A DNA stretch of 64,000 nucleotides from assembly GCA_963753975.1 (NCBI GenBank), contig CAVWEH010000005.1:352001-416000 (forward strand), given 5' to 3'. Of the stretch, positions 1 to 10,458 are shown in pieces. Numbering within the stretch: position 1 is the stretch's first letter; the number at the start of each line of letters is the position of its first letter. Under the pieces are notes generated by a model. It did not search any database, was not told where the DNA came from, and worked only from the letters and a program-made list of their open reading frames with translations. This DNA comes from an uncultured delta proteobacterium. Lineage in GTDB: Bacteria > Desulfobacterota > Syntrophia > Syntrophales > Smithellaceae. A program made the position numbers and the translations under genes.

Positions 1-797
1 TCCCTAATTACAACAGCTTTGATAACATAGCTTCATTCGTGAAACGGGCAGACGCGGGCATTTTTGCGCGTTTACTAAGGCAACAAATTCCGATTAATTC
101 CAACGTTCTTGAAATTGGGTGTGGTACTGCTCAATTAAGCAATTATCTAGCGGCAACTACGCCCACGCGTATTTACGCAACTGATATGACTTTGGCTTCT
201 TTGCAATTGGGGCATGATTTCGCGAAATGTAATGGAATTGAAGGTGTTCGGTTTATACAAGCAAACTTGTTTTTGCCTCCGATCAAGCCAGAGTCCATGG
301 ACATCTTGATAGCAAACGGTGTATTGCACCATACCTATGATACGAAAAAGGCCTTCATGAGCATAAGCCGTCTTGTTAAACCTGGCGGATACATTATCAT
401 TGGCCTCTACAATCATATTGGCAGGTTGCGCACCGATATCCGCCGCGGTTTGGTAAAGATATTTGGCGAGCGTGTGTTATTTCTCGATCCTCACCTGCGT
501 AATAATCTGTCTCCGGAAAAGCGCCGTGCCTGGATTAATGACCAATATTATCACCCACAGGAACGAAAGCATTCAATTTCAGAGCTCATGCGGTGGTTTG
601 ATGAAGCAGGATTTTCTTTTGTATCCTCAATCCCAAAAATTATTGGTGACGTTAGTGATAACGAGCCGCTCTTTGAACCACAAAACCCTGGCACACCTTC
701 CGATCGCGTTGCCGCTGAAATCGGCATGCTCTTTTCCAGTCTGGGAGGTGAAGGTGGTCTGTTTATTTGCATCGGGCGTCGAAAACCTGCATGCTAA
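1..797 (+). CDS. Class I SAM-dependent methyltransferase, 5' end outside the window
   Basis: SAM-binding motif VLEIGCGTAQ and motif ANGVLHH. The frame is open from position 3 (PNYNSFDNIASFVKR), so the real start lies upstream. Confidence 0.85.
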   Translation, partial: PNYNSFDNIASFVKRADAGIFARLLRQQIPINSNVLEIGCGTAQLSNYLAATTPTRIYATDMTLASLQLGHDFAKCNGIEGVRFIQANLFLPPIKPESMDILIANGVLHHTYDTKKAFMSISRLVKPGGYIIIGLYNHIGRLRTDIRRGLVKIFGERVLFLDPHLRNNLSPEKRRAWINDQYYHPQERKHSISELMRWFDEAGFSFVSSIPKIIGDVSDNEPLFEPQNPGTPSDRVAAEIGMLFSSLGGEGGLFICIGRRKPAC

Positions 798-838
798 ACC
801 ATGGAAAAATATAATTTAGATTAAGAAATCGATTCCGT

Positions 839-1957
839 ATGAAAATAGGTATTGATGCCCGACAGCTTTCCCGTCAGTTAACAGGAATGGGACGTTATAC
901 GCTGGAGACATGCCAAGCGTTATCGAAGATAAAAGGGGTTTCGCTTTATCTGTACAGTCCGGCTGCTCTCCGGTTTGATTTCCGAGGGTTGGAACAAGCA
1001 CATGTCCGGACGAAAAACTGGGATGCGGGAACATTGAGACAGTTTTGGACCGAAACTTTTTTACCTTTCTGGGCTGCCCGTGATGGTGTAGATGTTTTCT
1101 GGGGCCCTGCTCATCGAATACCTCGATTTCTTCCAGACAAAATGGCCAGAGTCGTAACCATCCATGATTTGGTTTGGAAATACGCAGGCAATACGATGCC
1201 CCTGTTGAGGAGGAAACTGGAACAGATTCAAATCCCTTCAGCCATTGCCCATGCGGACTGGATTGTTACAGATGCTTCGGCAACGGCTGATGCATTAAAA
1301 GATGAATATCCTGCAAGTGAAAATAAAATTTCTGTTATTCATCTGGGCGTGACTTATCAGGATTGTCCGATTTCAAAGGAGGTTTTGAAACCGTTGGGGA
1401 TTGATCAGAACTACTTCCTGTTTGTCGGTACGCTGGAGCCGCGAAAAAACCTGCTTCGTTTGCTGACAGCGTATTCGCAGCTTCCCGTATCTATTAAGAA
1501 TAAGGCGCTTCTTGTGATTGCCGGCGGGGAGGGTTGGGGTGGAGTTGATATTAAAAAAACAGTCCGTGAGTTGGATTTGGAAAGACATGTCCGGATAGTG
1601 GGCTATGTCGATGATGCGATGCTTGCTGCGCTTTATAAGAATGCACTTTTTTTGGCGATGCCTTCCCTTTATGAAGGATTCGGTCTGCCTCTTACAGAGG
1701 CGATGGCACATGGCACGCCCGTTTTGACATCGGATAATTCTTCCCTGCCGGAGGTTGCGGGAGAAGCCGGGTTGCTGGTTGATCCGCTGAGTGTGGACTC
1801 CATTCAAAAAGGATTAATGGAGCTGATTTCGAATGATGAGTTGAGAAGCAGACTGGCTTCCCGTGCAAAAGATTCGGCGAAGCGGTTTGATTGGAATGTC
1901 TCGGCGGCCAAACTGGTTGATGTGTTTAAAAAGGCAGTTGATGCCCGCAGAAAATAA
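839..1957 (+). CDS. Glycosyltransferase family 4 (GT-B)
   Basis: Motifs MKIGIDAR, VVTIHDL, FVGTLEPRKNL and PSLYEGFGLP..EAMA.G.PV. Confidence 0.93.
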   Translation: MKIGIDARQLSRQLTGMGRYTLETCQALSKIKGVSLYLYSPAALRFDFRGLEQAHVRTKNWDAGTLRQFWTETFLPFWAARDGVDVFWGPAHRIPRFLPDKMARVVTIHDLVWKYAGNTMPLLRRKLEQIQIPSAIAHADWIVTDASATADALKDEYPASENKISVIHLGVTYQDCPISKEVLKPLGIDQNYFLFVGTLEPRKNLLRLLTAYSQLPVSIKNKALLVIAGGEGWGGVDIKKTVRELDLERHVRIVGYVDDAMLAALYKNALFLAMPSLYEGFGLPLTEAMAHGTPVLTSDNSSLPEVAGEAGLLVDPLSVDSIQKGLMELISNDELRSRLASRAKDSAKRFDWNVSAAKLVDVFKKAVDARRK

Positions 1958-2135
1958 TGAAAAAGGCTTTGGTACGCTACGGGCTGGTGAATCGAGACCT
2001 TTGCCAAGGTCTCGTGCAGCCACGGCGGGCCTTTGTCGTTCAACATTTCTATTAATAATCTTCCCTTGTTCCAACTATCCTCCGCCGTTTATTTTTAGCC
2101 ATCATTGATGTTATTCCTTTGATAATTATGATATG

Positions 2136-2217
2136 GACGTCCTGTTCTGTGAGTGGCTGGAACCAACGAATACATAGTTGAAATATCGTGGCACCGCCGA
2201 GAAACCGGCTACTCAAC
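2136..2217 (+). mobile_element. Degenerate 3' remnant of a group II intron (3' half of domain V plus domain VI)
   Basis: ACGTCCTGTTCTGTGAGTGGCTGG resembles the DV 3' strand/DVI start (ACGTMCGGTTCTGTGAGGGG). It contains GTGGCACCGCCGAGAAACC and ends in CTACTCAAC, like an intron 3' end. No RT ORF is present. Confidence 0.55.
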
Positions 2218-2243
2218 TCAAAATCTGTGAGTGATTTTTAGAA

Positions 2244-3656
2244 ATGTTATTTGATTCGCCTTTGTTTCTGTTTATTTTTTTACCCGTATGTTTTTTGATT
2301 TATTTTTCGGCTGGCAAAAACTACAAGAATCTCGTTTTGCTGGTTATGAGCTTATTGTTTTATGCTTGGGGTGAACCCAGATTTGTTTTTGTCGCTATTG
2401 CATCTTCCCTGCTTGATTTGCTTTTAGGGAAAATGATTTATTTATCACAGAATGGTTTTAATAAACGGGTTGCGCTTACACTAGGACTTTTATCAAACAT
2501 TGGTGTTCTCGTATACTATAAGTATGTAAATTTTATTTTTAGCAACATCAATCATTTATTATCGTACTTGCATCTTAATCCCATTCTATTAACATCCATT
2601 GTATTACCGATTGGCGTATCTTTTATTGTTTTTGGAAAAATCACTTATCTTGTTGATATCTACCGTGGCGTGTGCTCTCCAGCTCAAAAAGTCACTTCGT
2701 ATTTTACATATGTATTTTTGTTTCCCAAGTTACTAGCGGGACCGATTGTAAAATACCATGAAATCGAAGGACAAATAAGCGAAAGAAAAAGCAGTCTCAA
2801 CGATATTTCACTCGGCGTATGTCGTTTCTCATGGGGATTGGCAAAAAAGGTATTTATTGCTGATACTCTGGGAGCTTTAGTGGATCTCATTTTCAAACTT
2901 CCCGCAAATGAGCTCGGTTTATTAAATTCCTGGTTAGGCGCGATCTGTTTTGCTGTACAAATCTACTTTGACTTTTCCGCCTATTCGGATATGGCAATCG
3001 GATTGGCAAGAATCATGGGATTCCGTATCTTAGAAAATTTTAATATGCCCTATATTTCTTCGAATTTTACGGAGTTTTGGAGAAGATGGCACATCTCCTT
3101 ATCCACGTGGATCAAGAACTATCTGTACATTCCTTTGGGCGGAAACCGTTGTTCCAAACCAAGGATGTATTTTAATTTATGGTTTTGTTTTCTTTTGTGT
3201 GGGTTATGGCATGGTGCGAGCTGGACTTTTGTACTTTGGGGAGTTTATCATGGTATTTTTCTTGTAACTGATAAAATGTTTGCTCTACGAATTCAGGAAA
3301 AGCTCCCCCGGATATTCAATGTTGCAGTAACCTTCATTCTTGTTACGATAGGTTGGGTAATCTTCCGTTCCGGCAGTTTTGAGCAAATGAGTTACTACCT
3401 TACTGCAATGTTCAATCCCGGCGTATTGCAGGGGAGATTTATATTTGTCGCCAATGATAGTAAATTCTTTTTGGCATTAGGATTATTTCTTATCTTCTTT
3501 CCGCTTACGAATACCTATTCGAAACTTAAAAGGTTTTATCTTAAGGTTACCGTTAGTCGAAAACTGGAAATTATTGTAGCTTCTGTTTTTTTATTTTTAT
3601 CGATATTGCGAATTTCGACGTCCACCTTTAACCCGTTTCTGTATTTCAGGTTCTAA
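2244..3656 (+). CDS. MBOAT-family O-acyltransferase (AlgI/DltB/PatA-like)
   Basis: Motifs LPIGVSF, YFDFSAYSDMAIG, FWRRWHISLSTW..YLYIPLGG and GLWHGA, with C-terminal PFLYFRF. Confidence 0.93.
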   Translation: MLFDSPLFLFIFLPVCFLIYFSAGKNYKNLVLLVMSLLFYAWGEPRFVFVAIASSLLDLLLGKMIYLSQNGFNKRVALTLGLLSNIGVLVYYKYVNFIFSNINHLLSYLHLNPILLTSIVLPIGVSFIVFGKITYLVDIYRGVCSPAQKVTSYFTYVFLFPKLLAGPIVKYHEIEGQISERKSSLNDISLGVCRFSWGLAKKVFIADTLGALVDLIFKLPANELGLLNSWLGAICFAVQIYFDFSAYSDMAIGLARIMGFRILENFNMPYISSNFTEFWRRWHISLSTWIKNYLYIPLGGNRCSKPRMYFNLWFCFLLCGLWHGASWTFVLWGVYHGIFLVTDKMFALRIQEKLPRIFNVAVTFILVTIGWVIFRSGSFEQMSYYLTAMFNPGVLQGRFIFVANDSKFFLALGLFLIFFPLTNTYSKLKRFYLKVTVSRKLEIIVASVFLFLSILRISTSTFNPFLYFRF

Positions 3657-3667
3657 CGTTCCGCTGG

Positions 3668-4852
3668 ATGGTGTATTTAATGATTAACCGAATACAAAAA
3701 ATAATGATTAGTCTAATTGTCGTTTCAATGATTGCTCCTTGTTTTTTCAACTTCATTCATATGATAATACCCATCAAAAGATTCACTTATTCCAGTCTGG
3801 CAGGCATCACTTTATCGGAAAAGGAACCTCATTTTACTATCGATTCCTGGATTAGTGGAAAATATCAGGAACAATTCACCAACTGGTTTAATCAACGTTT
3901 TGGGCTGAGAGAGATTTTTATACGGTTAAATAATCAGATCTATTATATTTTATTTGATAAATCTTATATGTACAATCAAAGCATTATTATCGGAAAACAA
4001 AAGCAGCTTTATGAACGGGAATATATCGATGATTATACAAAGCACGTCGTTCCTATGACGCCTATTCAAATGAACAATTTGGTTGAGCAAATCGCCGATG
4101 TCCAAAATCTATTCAAAAAACACGGAGTCCCATTTCTAGTTTTAATTACTCCGAGCAAAGCATACACTTATCCCGAATATATTCCTGATTCTTTTTTCGA
4201 TAACCCGATTAGCCAACAAAGAAATTATGATCTCATTCTTCCGTTATTAGATCAGTATAGGGTCAATTATATCGACGGCCAGAAAATAACGCTAGAGGCA
4301 AAAAGGACTGTGACGTATCCTTTATTCTGTCAAGGCAGTACACATTGGAATTATTTAGGCGCCTATTACACTATAGTTCCTTTAATAACTAAAATCGAAG
4401 CCCTTGCTAAAAAGAGCGTTCCCCATATTCAATTAAGCAAAGTGCAGGTCGATACTAATCCTATAGGCTGGGATAAAGATCTAGCGTCATTACTTAATTT
4501 AGTGATTATTCCCTCTCACTATATCACGCCGCATCCGGTTTTCAAAACCACCGCGAGCAAGGGGAGTTATGAAAATAATGTCGTTTTTGTCGGCGGCAGT
4601 TTTACACAGACTATTATTGACATTTTATGGGAGAATAAAATATTCAATCAAATTGACTACTATTATTATTACAAAATAAATCGTTCTGTTTATCCTAAAA
4701 ACAAAGAAAAAAGCATTCATAATGTGAACAACATCAACTGGAATAATGACTTTCTAAAAAAAGATGCCATCGTTTTGGAAATAAATGAAGCAAGCTTTTA
4801 TGGAAATCATATCACGGAATTTGTTAAAGACGCATTAAACCGCTTACGATAA
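3668..4852 (+). CDS. AlgX/AlgJ (SGNH-like) periplasmic O-acetyltransferase
   Basis: N-terminal anchor, WFNQRFGLRE, P.KA..YPE and STHWNYLGAY motifs; directly follows the MBOAT gene. Confidence 0.8.
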   Translation: MVYLMINRIQKIMISLIVVSMIAPCFFNFIHMIIPIKRFTYSSLAGITLSEKEPHFTIDSWISGKYQEQFTNWFNQRFGLREIFIRLNNQIYYILFDKSYMYNQSIIIGKQKQLYEREYIDDYTKHVVPMTPIQMNNLVEQIADVQNLFKKHGVPFLVLITPSKAYTYPEYIPDSFFDNPISQQRNYDLILPLLDQYRVNYIDGQKITLEAKRTVTYPLFCQGSTHWNYLGAYYTIVPLITKIEALAKKSVPHIQLSKVQVDTNPIGWDKDLASLLNLVIIPSHYITPHPVFKTTASKGSYENNVVFVGGSFTQTIIDILWENKIFNQIDYYYYYKINRSVYPKNKEKSIHNVNNINWNNDFLKKDAIVLEINEASFYGNHITEFVKDALNRLR

Positions 4853-4857
4853 CTATT

Positions 4858-4903
4858 CTCATAGCTGATAGTTCATAAAAGATAACTACAAGCTATGAGT
4901 TTT
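4858..4903. terminator. Hairpin between convergent genes
   Basis: CTCATAGCTGATAGTT...AACTACAAGCTATGAG followed by TTTT. Confidence 0.5.
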
Positions 4904-4904
4904 C

Positions 4905-6329
4905 TTATCGCGCTCCCTCTTTTTTTAACACCACATATATGGTTTTTATAAGGATTACGATATCGAGCCACAAATTCCAGTTTCTTACATACCATGAATC
5001 GAGGGCTAGGCGTCGTTCATGTGAGGAATCGCTCCTTCCACTCACCTGCCATAACCCCGTTATTCCCGGCTGCACGCAATTGATGGTTTCGCTATACTCT
5101 TTTAGCCAACTCCATTCACGCGGGATGTATGGCCGGGGACCGACAAAACTCATATCGCCTTTCAGAACATTTATTATCTGCGGCATTTCATCCAAAGAAG
5201 TCTCTCGTAAAAACATTCCAAACGCGGTAACCCGCGGATCATTTTTCAGTTTCCAGTAAGTCTCCCATTCCTTTTTTGCTTCAGGATTATTAGCCAGGAT
5301 TATCTTTAGCCGTTCATCAGCATCATAATACATAGTTCTAAATTTGTAACAAATGAACAGCCTGTGGTTTTTTCCGATGCGCTCCTGTTTGAGAATAGCG
5401 GGGCCTCTGGTGGTGAATCTGATTAGAAGAGAAATAATCCCGATGGGGATGATGAGCAGAATAAAAAAGAAAATGCCGAATAAATAATCGAAGAATCGTT
5501 TGGTATAATAATTGAGCGGCTGTGCCAAATTATTCTTGATTTCGAGAGCAAAAGCCTGATCCTGAAAGAAGTGACGAAGTTCGGTTCCCATAACCACTAT
5601 CCCGGAAAAATCGGGAAAGTAGAGAATGCTCGCCGCCTTATGTTGCAGACGGTTAACTAAATGAGCGAGCTGCTCTTTATCGAATTCAGGTAGCGCGATC
5701 ACTACATCCTGGACATCGCAGTTTTTCAGATAGCGTTCCATGCACTCCATGTGGCCATGTACTTTAATCCCTTCAAAGTATCGTTTTTTTATCTTCGCCA
5801 GATCATCGACAAAGCCGATAACCCGGTAGCCGAGGTTTTTCTCTTTGAGCAGGGCGTTGAGGGCAAGACGTCCCGTATCGTTTGCGCCAAGAATAAGTAC
5901 CTTATTCGTCGTGACGCCTAATTTGACGAGCCCTCGTTTAACCGCTGTTCTCAATAAGGGAAATATAATCAGGGACAACAAGCCGACGATGATTACGATG
6001 GTTCTCGATACGATATTGCCCATTTTGCCAAGAAAAAAAACAGCAAGAATAGCGAGCGTTGAAAAGAGAGTAACCTTCCAGAGCATCCTAACTTCATCCC
6101 AGAAAGAAAACTTCCTGGTATATGCTCCTTCGTATGTCAAAATCGATATCCATATCGGAAAAAACCACCAGCTGTAATTGATTTTTATCGACAAAGCGGG
6201 AAATCCGGAGATGATGGAGGGAAGAAAAGTACGAATAAAAACGGCCAGAACGACAATAAAAAAAAGAATAACAAGATCCGATAAGAATAAGATAATTATA
6301 CCCAATCTTCGCCTGTATGAACGCATCAA
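4905..6329 (-). CDS. wbaP: Undecaprenyl-phosphate sugar phosphotransferase (WbaP family)
   Basis: N-terminal TM helices, then [31 protein letters not shown] and [13 protein letters not shown]. Confidence 0.9.
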   Translation of the reverse strand: MMRSYRRRLGIIILFLSDLVILFFIVVLAVFIRTFLPSIISGFPALSIKINYSWWFFPIWISILTYEGAYTRKFSFWDEVRMLWKVTLFSTLAILAVFFLGKMGNIVSRTIVIIVGLLSLIIFPLLRTAVKRGLVKLGVTTNKVLILGANDTGRLALNALLKEKNLGYRVIGFVDDLAKIKKRYFEGIKVHGHMECMERYLKNCDVQDVVIALPEFDKEQLAHLVNRLQHKAASILYFPDFSGIVVMGTELRHFFQDQAFALEIKNNLAQPLNYYTKRFFDYLFGIFFFILLIIPIGIISLLIRFTTRGPAILKQERIGKNHRLFICYKFRTMYYDADERLKIILANNPEAKKEWETYWKLKNDPRVTAFGMFLRETSLDEMPQIINVLKGDMSFVGPRPYIPREWSWLKEYSETINCVQPGITGLWQVSGRSDSSHERRLALDSWYVRNWNLWLDIVILIKTIYVVLKKEGAR

Positions 6330-6568
6330 GAATTCCTTCCAAATAGCTTGATCATTAGCGATTTTGCATAGTAACAGATTGCACGATCACATATCACAGG
6401 CCGGCCGGAAAGACAAGGCATGTGACGTCCTCACAGATGCCAGTTGATTATTTTATTGACAATATGGAGTTATTTGACAGTTTATTTTTTGAGGGAGGAC
6501 ATGTCTTAAAAAAGGCGCTATGCAGCTGTTTTAGTTCTGTAAGATCGAGCAATTTCCAGCTGCACTAT

Positions 6569-6745
6569 TTACTTCTCTCGTAATTTTTTTGCCTCTTCCA
6601 CAAGCATGATGGGAATATCATTTTTGACTTCATACAGCAATTTGCACTGATTACAAATTATACCGCCGAGTTTTTCATCCCACTTCACAGTGCCGTGGCA
6701 TTGCGGACACGCCAGAATCTCCAAAAGCTTCTTGTTTAAAGCCAT
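6569..6745 (-). CDS. Trm112/YcaR-family small zinc-ribbon protein (58 aa, not in the ORF track)
   Basis: Own translation: MALNKKLLEILACPQCHGTVKWDEKLGGIICNQCKLLYEVKNDIPIMLVEEAKKLREK. It carries LLEILACP.C and IPIML..EA and has an AGGAG RBS. Confidence 0.9.
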   Translation of the reverse strand: MALNKKLLEILACPQCHGTVKWDEKLGGIICNQCKLLYEVKNDIPIMLVEEAKKLREK

Positions 6746-6748
6746 TTC

Positions 6749-7777
6749 TCACTCCTTCCTTAATTTTTTCTCAATAGCAGCAAAGACTTGCTCAGGTAAA
6801 ATATCCTTCATACATTTTCTTGTCGAACATTTTTTTAAAAAGCAGGGACTGCAAGGTAGCCCCGCCGTTATAATTATATGCTCTTTACCATACGGTCCGG
6901 TTCGTGCCGGATCCGTAGGCCCGAAAAGAGCAATGACCGGTGTTCCCACTGCAGCGGCCAGATGCATCGGCCCGGAATCGGTTGTTATCACCATTTGCGC
7001 TTTTTTATAAAGATAGGCGAGATCAAGAAGTGAAGTTTCTCCGCCTAAATTAATTCCTTCCGTAGTCATTCTTGAAGTTATTCCTTCGATGGACGCCTTT
7101 TCGCTTCCCGTAAAAACAACTTTTAGATTCAGCTTCTCTTTAATCAGATCAGCCAAGCCAGCAAATTTTTCATTATCCCAGAGTTTTGTTTTCCAATAAG
7201 CAATAGGATTAATCACAATAAATTTTTTATCATCCAACTTGTATTTACTCATTAAGAGATTAATTTTTACTTCGGCATCGTTGTTTTGAGGTAGAATAAA
7301 TTCAACATTATCTGTCTTCGCGCCCAGATAGCGTGGAAAATCCAGGTAGCGATCAACCGCATGTTTATTCATATCTTCGGGGATTTTTTCATTAAGAAAT
7401 AAGCCGCTTAATTCCTGCAATGAATCATACCCCAGTTTTCGTTTCCCTCGACTAAAAAAAACAATAACGGAACTTTTAAAAAGGCCGTGGAAATCAATCA
7501 CCAGATCGTAGCGCCGCCGTTGCAGTTCTTTTATCAATGAGTTTATGTCGAACAAGGGCTTAAAAATTTTACCCTTTTGAATATCTTTGGACCAGCTTTT
7601 ACGCCGGGAAATTAAAACCGCATCCAGATAAGGGTGGTTCTGGACTAAATCCGCCGCCGCTTCTTCGACAATCCAGGTTATATGGGCGTCGGGATAGAGA
7701 CGGCGCAATGCGGCAAGCGATGGCAGAGTGTGAATGACATCACCGATGGCGCTTAATTTGACGATTAATATATTCAA
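6749..7777 (-). CDS. LPS heptosyltransferase (GT9, WaaC/WaaF-like)
   Basis: Motifs ILIVKLSAIGDVIH, DSGPMHLAAAVGTPVIALFGPT and C-terminal CSPC. Confidence 0.9.
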   Translation of the reverse strand: MNILIVKLSAIGDVIHTLPSLAALRRLYPDAHITWIVEEAAADLVQNHPYLDAVLISRRKSWSKDIQKGKIFKPLFDINSLIKELQRRRYDLVIDFHGLFKSSVIVFFSRGKRKLGYDSLQELSGLFLNEKIPEDMNKHAVDRYLDFPRYLGAKTDNVEFILPQNNDAEVKINLLMSKYKLDDKKFIVINPIAYWKTKLWDNEKFAGLADLIKEKLNLKVVFTGSEKASIEGITSRMTTEGINLGGETSLLDLAYLYKKAQMVITTDSGPMHLAAAVGTPVIALFGPTDPARTGPYGKEHIIITAGLPCSPCFLKKCSTRKCMKDILPEQVFAAIEKKLRKE

Positions 7778-7793
7778 CCTTATACCTCTTAAT

Positions 7794-7895
7794 AGCTGAA
7801 AAATGGCTCAGGCGGAGAGTTTCAGCTTTTGCAGCGAAACAAAAATGCATGGTCGAAAAAGGATTCTGGGCGCGAATGAGCCCATTTTTAAAGCT
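7794..7895. mobile_element. Probable MITE, about 100 bp, with imperfect terminal inverted repeats
   Basis: Ends AGCTGAAAAATGGCTCA and TGAGCCCATTTTTAAAGCT are near-complementary, and the element fills a gap in an otherwise tightly packed operon. Confidence 0.5.
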
Positions 7896-7896
7896 C

Positions 7897-8484
7897 TCAC
7901 CCTCTATCCTTTAATATCCACTGCACTGCTTCCAATATGTCTTCCGCAATAAATTCCGGTTTCCCCTCCGGCGTTGCCTCATCCGGACCATCATCCTGCA
8001 ATAAACCTCGACCGAATCCCGTTTTTACTAAAATCCCCCTGACTCCCACCTTTTTGCCCGCTTCCATATCGCGGAACCTGTCACCTATCAAGTAAGACTG
8101 CGTCAAATCAATATTTAATTCCCGGGCCGCAGTTAACAACATGCCCGGCGCCGGCTTGCGGCAGCTGCACACCTGCCGGTAAATTCCTATTCCTTCAGTA
8201 GGATGATGCGGGCAATAATAAAATTTATCTATGCTTGCACCCATCCGATGCAGATTGGCTTGCAGACGCTCATTAATTAAATTTACAAACTCTTCCGTGA
8301 AAAATCCCTTAGCCACACCGGCTTGGTTAGTAATCACCACTACTTTCATTTCATTCAAATTAATCAATCTGATTGCTTCATAGGCGCTGGGAATTACTTT
8401 TAGTTTATCCAGGCTATCCAGATATCCAACTTCTTCATTGATCGTTCCGTCCCTGTCGAGAAATACAGCAATGTTCTTTTTCAT
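7897..8484 (-). CDS. gmhB: D-glycero-D-manno-heptose 1,7-bisphosphate phosphatase
   Basis: Motifs AVFLDRDGTIN, TNQAG, YYCPHHP, CSCRKP and IGD. Confidence 0.93.
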   Translation of the reverse strand: MKKNIAVFLDRDGTINEEVGYLDSLDKLKVIPSAYEAIRLINLNEMKVVVITNQAGVAKGFFTEEFVNLINERLQANLHRMGASIDKFYYCPHHPTEGIGIYRQVCSCRKPAPGMLLTAARELNIDLTQSYLIGDRFRDMEAGKKVGVRGILVKTGFGRGLLQDDGPDEATPEGKPEFIAEDILEAVQWILKDRG

Positions 8485-9548
8485 TAAATTAAATTCCTGT
8501 TATTATTTAACAGATTTTGCGCGGCCGCAAAAACATTTTCTACGGAAATCAGTTTCATACAGCGGAAATCATCCGGGCATGTTTCTTTCAGGCAGGGACT
8601 ACACGATACATCCTTACGGACGATGGTGAAACTATTCCCCGCAGGTGACGTAGTTATATGGTTGGTTGAGCCAAAAATGGCAACGGTCGGAATACTCAGC
8701 GCGCCGGCTATATGCATTAGCCCGGAATCATTACTGATGAAAAGACGGCATTGGGAAATTAAATAAATGGCTTCCCGCAGAGTAGTTTTGCCGGCAAGGT
8801 TAATCAAATCTGTGTGCGCCAGCCTTTGGACTTCTTGCGCTGTTTGCTCATCAGTTTTGCCACCCAGCAGGATTATCTGCAAAGAGTGATTTTCATTGAG
8901 CTTGTCCGCCACAGAGGCAAATCTATCGGGAAACCATCTTTTAGCCGGTCCATAAGTAGCACCCGGGGCAATGCCGATTATTACCTTATCTTTTCCAGGT
9001 ATAAATTTGCGGCAAATGCTTTGCGCATTAAAACGATTAATCTTCGTTTCCAGATGCAATTCCCGGCCGGCAGAAACACACCCTAAAGCCTTGACCATTT
9101 CCAGGTAATAATCAATTTGGTGAACTTTTTTTATCCTTTTGGTGCGCTTCACGCCATGGGTTAAAAGAAGGCCGCGGCCATCCGAACTGTAGCCGGCGCG
9201 AAGCGGTATTCCGGCGGCGAAGGAAATTATCGCCGCTTCGATGGCGTTTTGTAAAAGTATCGCCGCATCGAATTTCTTTTTTCTAAGCCTGTGTGCGAGC
9301 TTAAATACCCCGATGGGATTATCTAATTTGCTTTCATAAATTATCACTTCATCCACAGCGGAAAAAAGGTCATAAATATCCGCCACCCATGGTTTTACAA
9401 GTACGGCAATGTGAGCGCAAGGATAATTGACGCGAATGGCGGCAACTGCCGGCAATGTTAAAACGGCATCGCCAATCCAGTTGGTTCCACGAATCAAAAT
9501 TCTATTTATACCTTGTTTCGGCAATTTCTTTGTTTTTTTTGACTTCAA
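8484..9548 (-). CDS. waaF: LPS heptosyltransferase II
   Basis: Motifs NWIGDAV, PGATYGPAKRW and NDSGLMHIAGAL. Confidence 0.88.
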   Translation of the reverse strand: MKSKKTKKLPKQGINRILIRGTNWIGDAVLTLPAVAAIRVNYPCAHIAVLVKPWVADIYDLFSAVDEVIIYESKLDNPIGVFKLAHRLRKKKFDAAILLQNAIEAAIISFAAGIPLRAGYSSDGRGLLLTHGVKRTKRIKKVHQIDYYLEMVKALGCVSAGRELHLETKINRFNAQSICRKFIPGKDKVIIGIAPGATYGPAKRWFPDRFASVADKLNENHSLQIILLGGKTDEQTAQEVQRLAHTDLINLAGKTTLREAIYLISQCRLFISNDSGLMHIAGALSIPTVAIFGSTNHITTSPAGNSFTIVRKDVSCSPCLKETCPDDFRCMKLISVENVFAAAQNLLNNNRNLI

Positions 9549-9563
9549 TGACTTATCCTTTTT

Positions 9564-10430
9564 TTACTTTACCTGGCAGAGCTTTGTCTTCCAGCGCTGA
9601 TGCAGCCAAAGCCATTGTTCCGGATATTTACGAACATGATCTTCAATAATTTTGGTATAGTTTTGCGTATTCACCAATACGTCTCTATCACGATTGCCGG
9701 TATTTACTGTCTCTACTCTGGGACCAATCTGTGTTAAATATTTGCCGTTTGGCATTCGTGTTGTAAATATCGGCAAAACCGGCGCTGCGGTGTGCAGGGC
9801 CATAAGTGCTAATCCGAAGGTTGTACAGGCTGGGCGTCCAAAAAAATTAACAAAAATTCCTTCATAAACGGAGACGTTCTGATCAATCAGCAATTTAACA
9901 GCTTCTCTTTTTTTCAACAGGCGGAGCATTGGCCGCATGGCATTTTCCTTGTGTATGTTGCCAATACCCAAAGAGGCGCGCGCATAGGTGCTGCCTTCCT
10001 CCAGAAAAGCGCTGTCCAGAATGCGAGTCATAAATACCGGAGGTTTGGACAATATCGCCAATGCGGCATTGCCAATCTCCCAGTTGCCGAAATGAGCGCT
10101 GAAAAGCAAAACGCCCTTGCCTTCGCGGCAGGCTTCTTCATAATGATCCAGTCCTTTGACGGAAACCCATCGATGCAGATTATCCTTATTCAGATAAAGA
10201 ATATCGGAAAACTCCACCAGCGTTACGGCAAAGTTCGCATAGGAAGCTTTGGCGATTCTCAAAATTTTGTTCAAAGATTTTCCGGGAAATGATCGCGTTA
10301 GATTATGAATGGCGATCAGTTTGTGCTTAAGGGATAGATAATAAAGTAACCTAGACAACCCAATGGCAGTCGTTCGTCTGACAGATAGCGGTATGATACG
10401 AAATATGACTTTTGCAATTTTTATCTTCAT
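9564..10430 (-). CDS. Lipid A late acyltransferase (LpxL/HtrB family)
   Basis: Motifs HFGNWE, LIDQ, VNFFG and PEQWLWLHQRWK. Confidence 0.9.
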   Translation of the reverse strand: MKIKIAKVIFRIIPLSVRRTTAIGLSRLLYYLSLKHKLIAIHNLTRSFPGKSLNKILRIAKASYANFAVTLVEFSDILYLNKDNLHRWVSVKGLDHYEEACREGKGVLLFSAHFGNWEIGNAALAILSKPPVFMTRILDSAFLEEGSTYARASLGIGNIHKENAMRPMLRLLKKREAVKLLIDQNVSVYEGIFVNFFGRPACTTFGLALMALHTAAPVLPIFTTRMPNGKYLTQIGPRVETVNTGNRDRDVLVNTQNYTKIIEDHVRKYPEQWLWLHQRWKTKLCQVK

Positions 10431-10458
10431 ACGATTTTACGATTCACTTTATTTTCAT

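Noticed and set aside
3650..3660. TTCTAAC at the MBOAT stop as an attC R'' box
   Set aside because: The next gene begins within a few codons and no attC palindrome follows.
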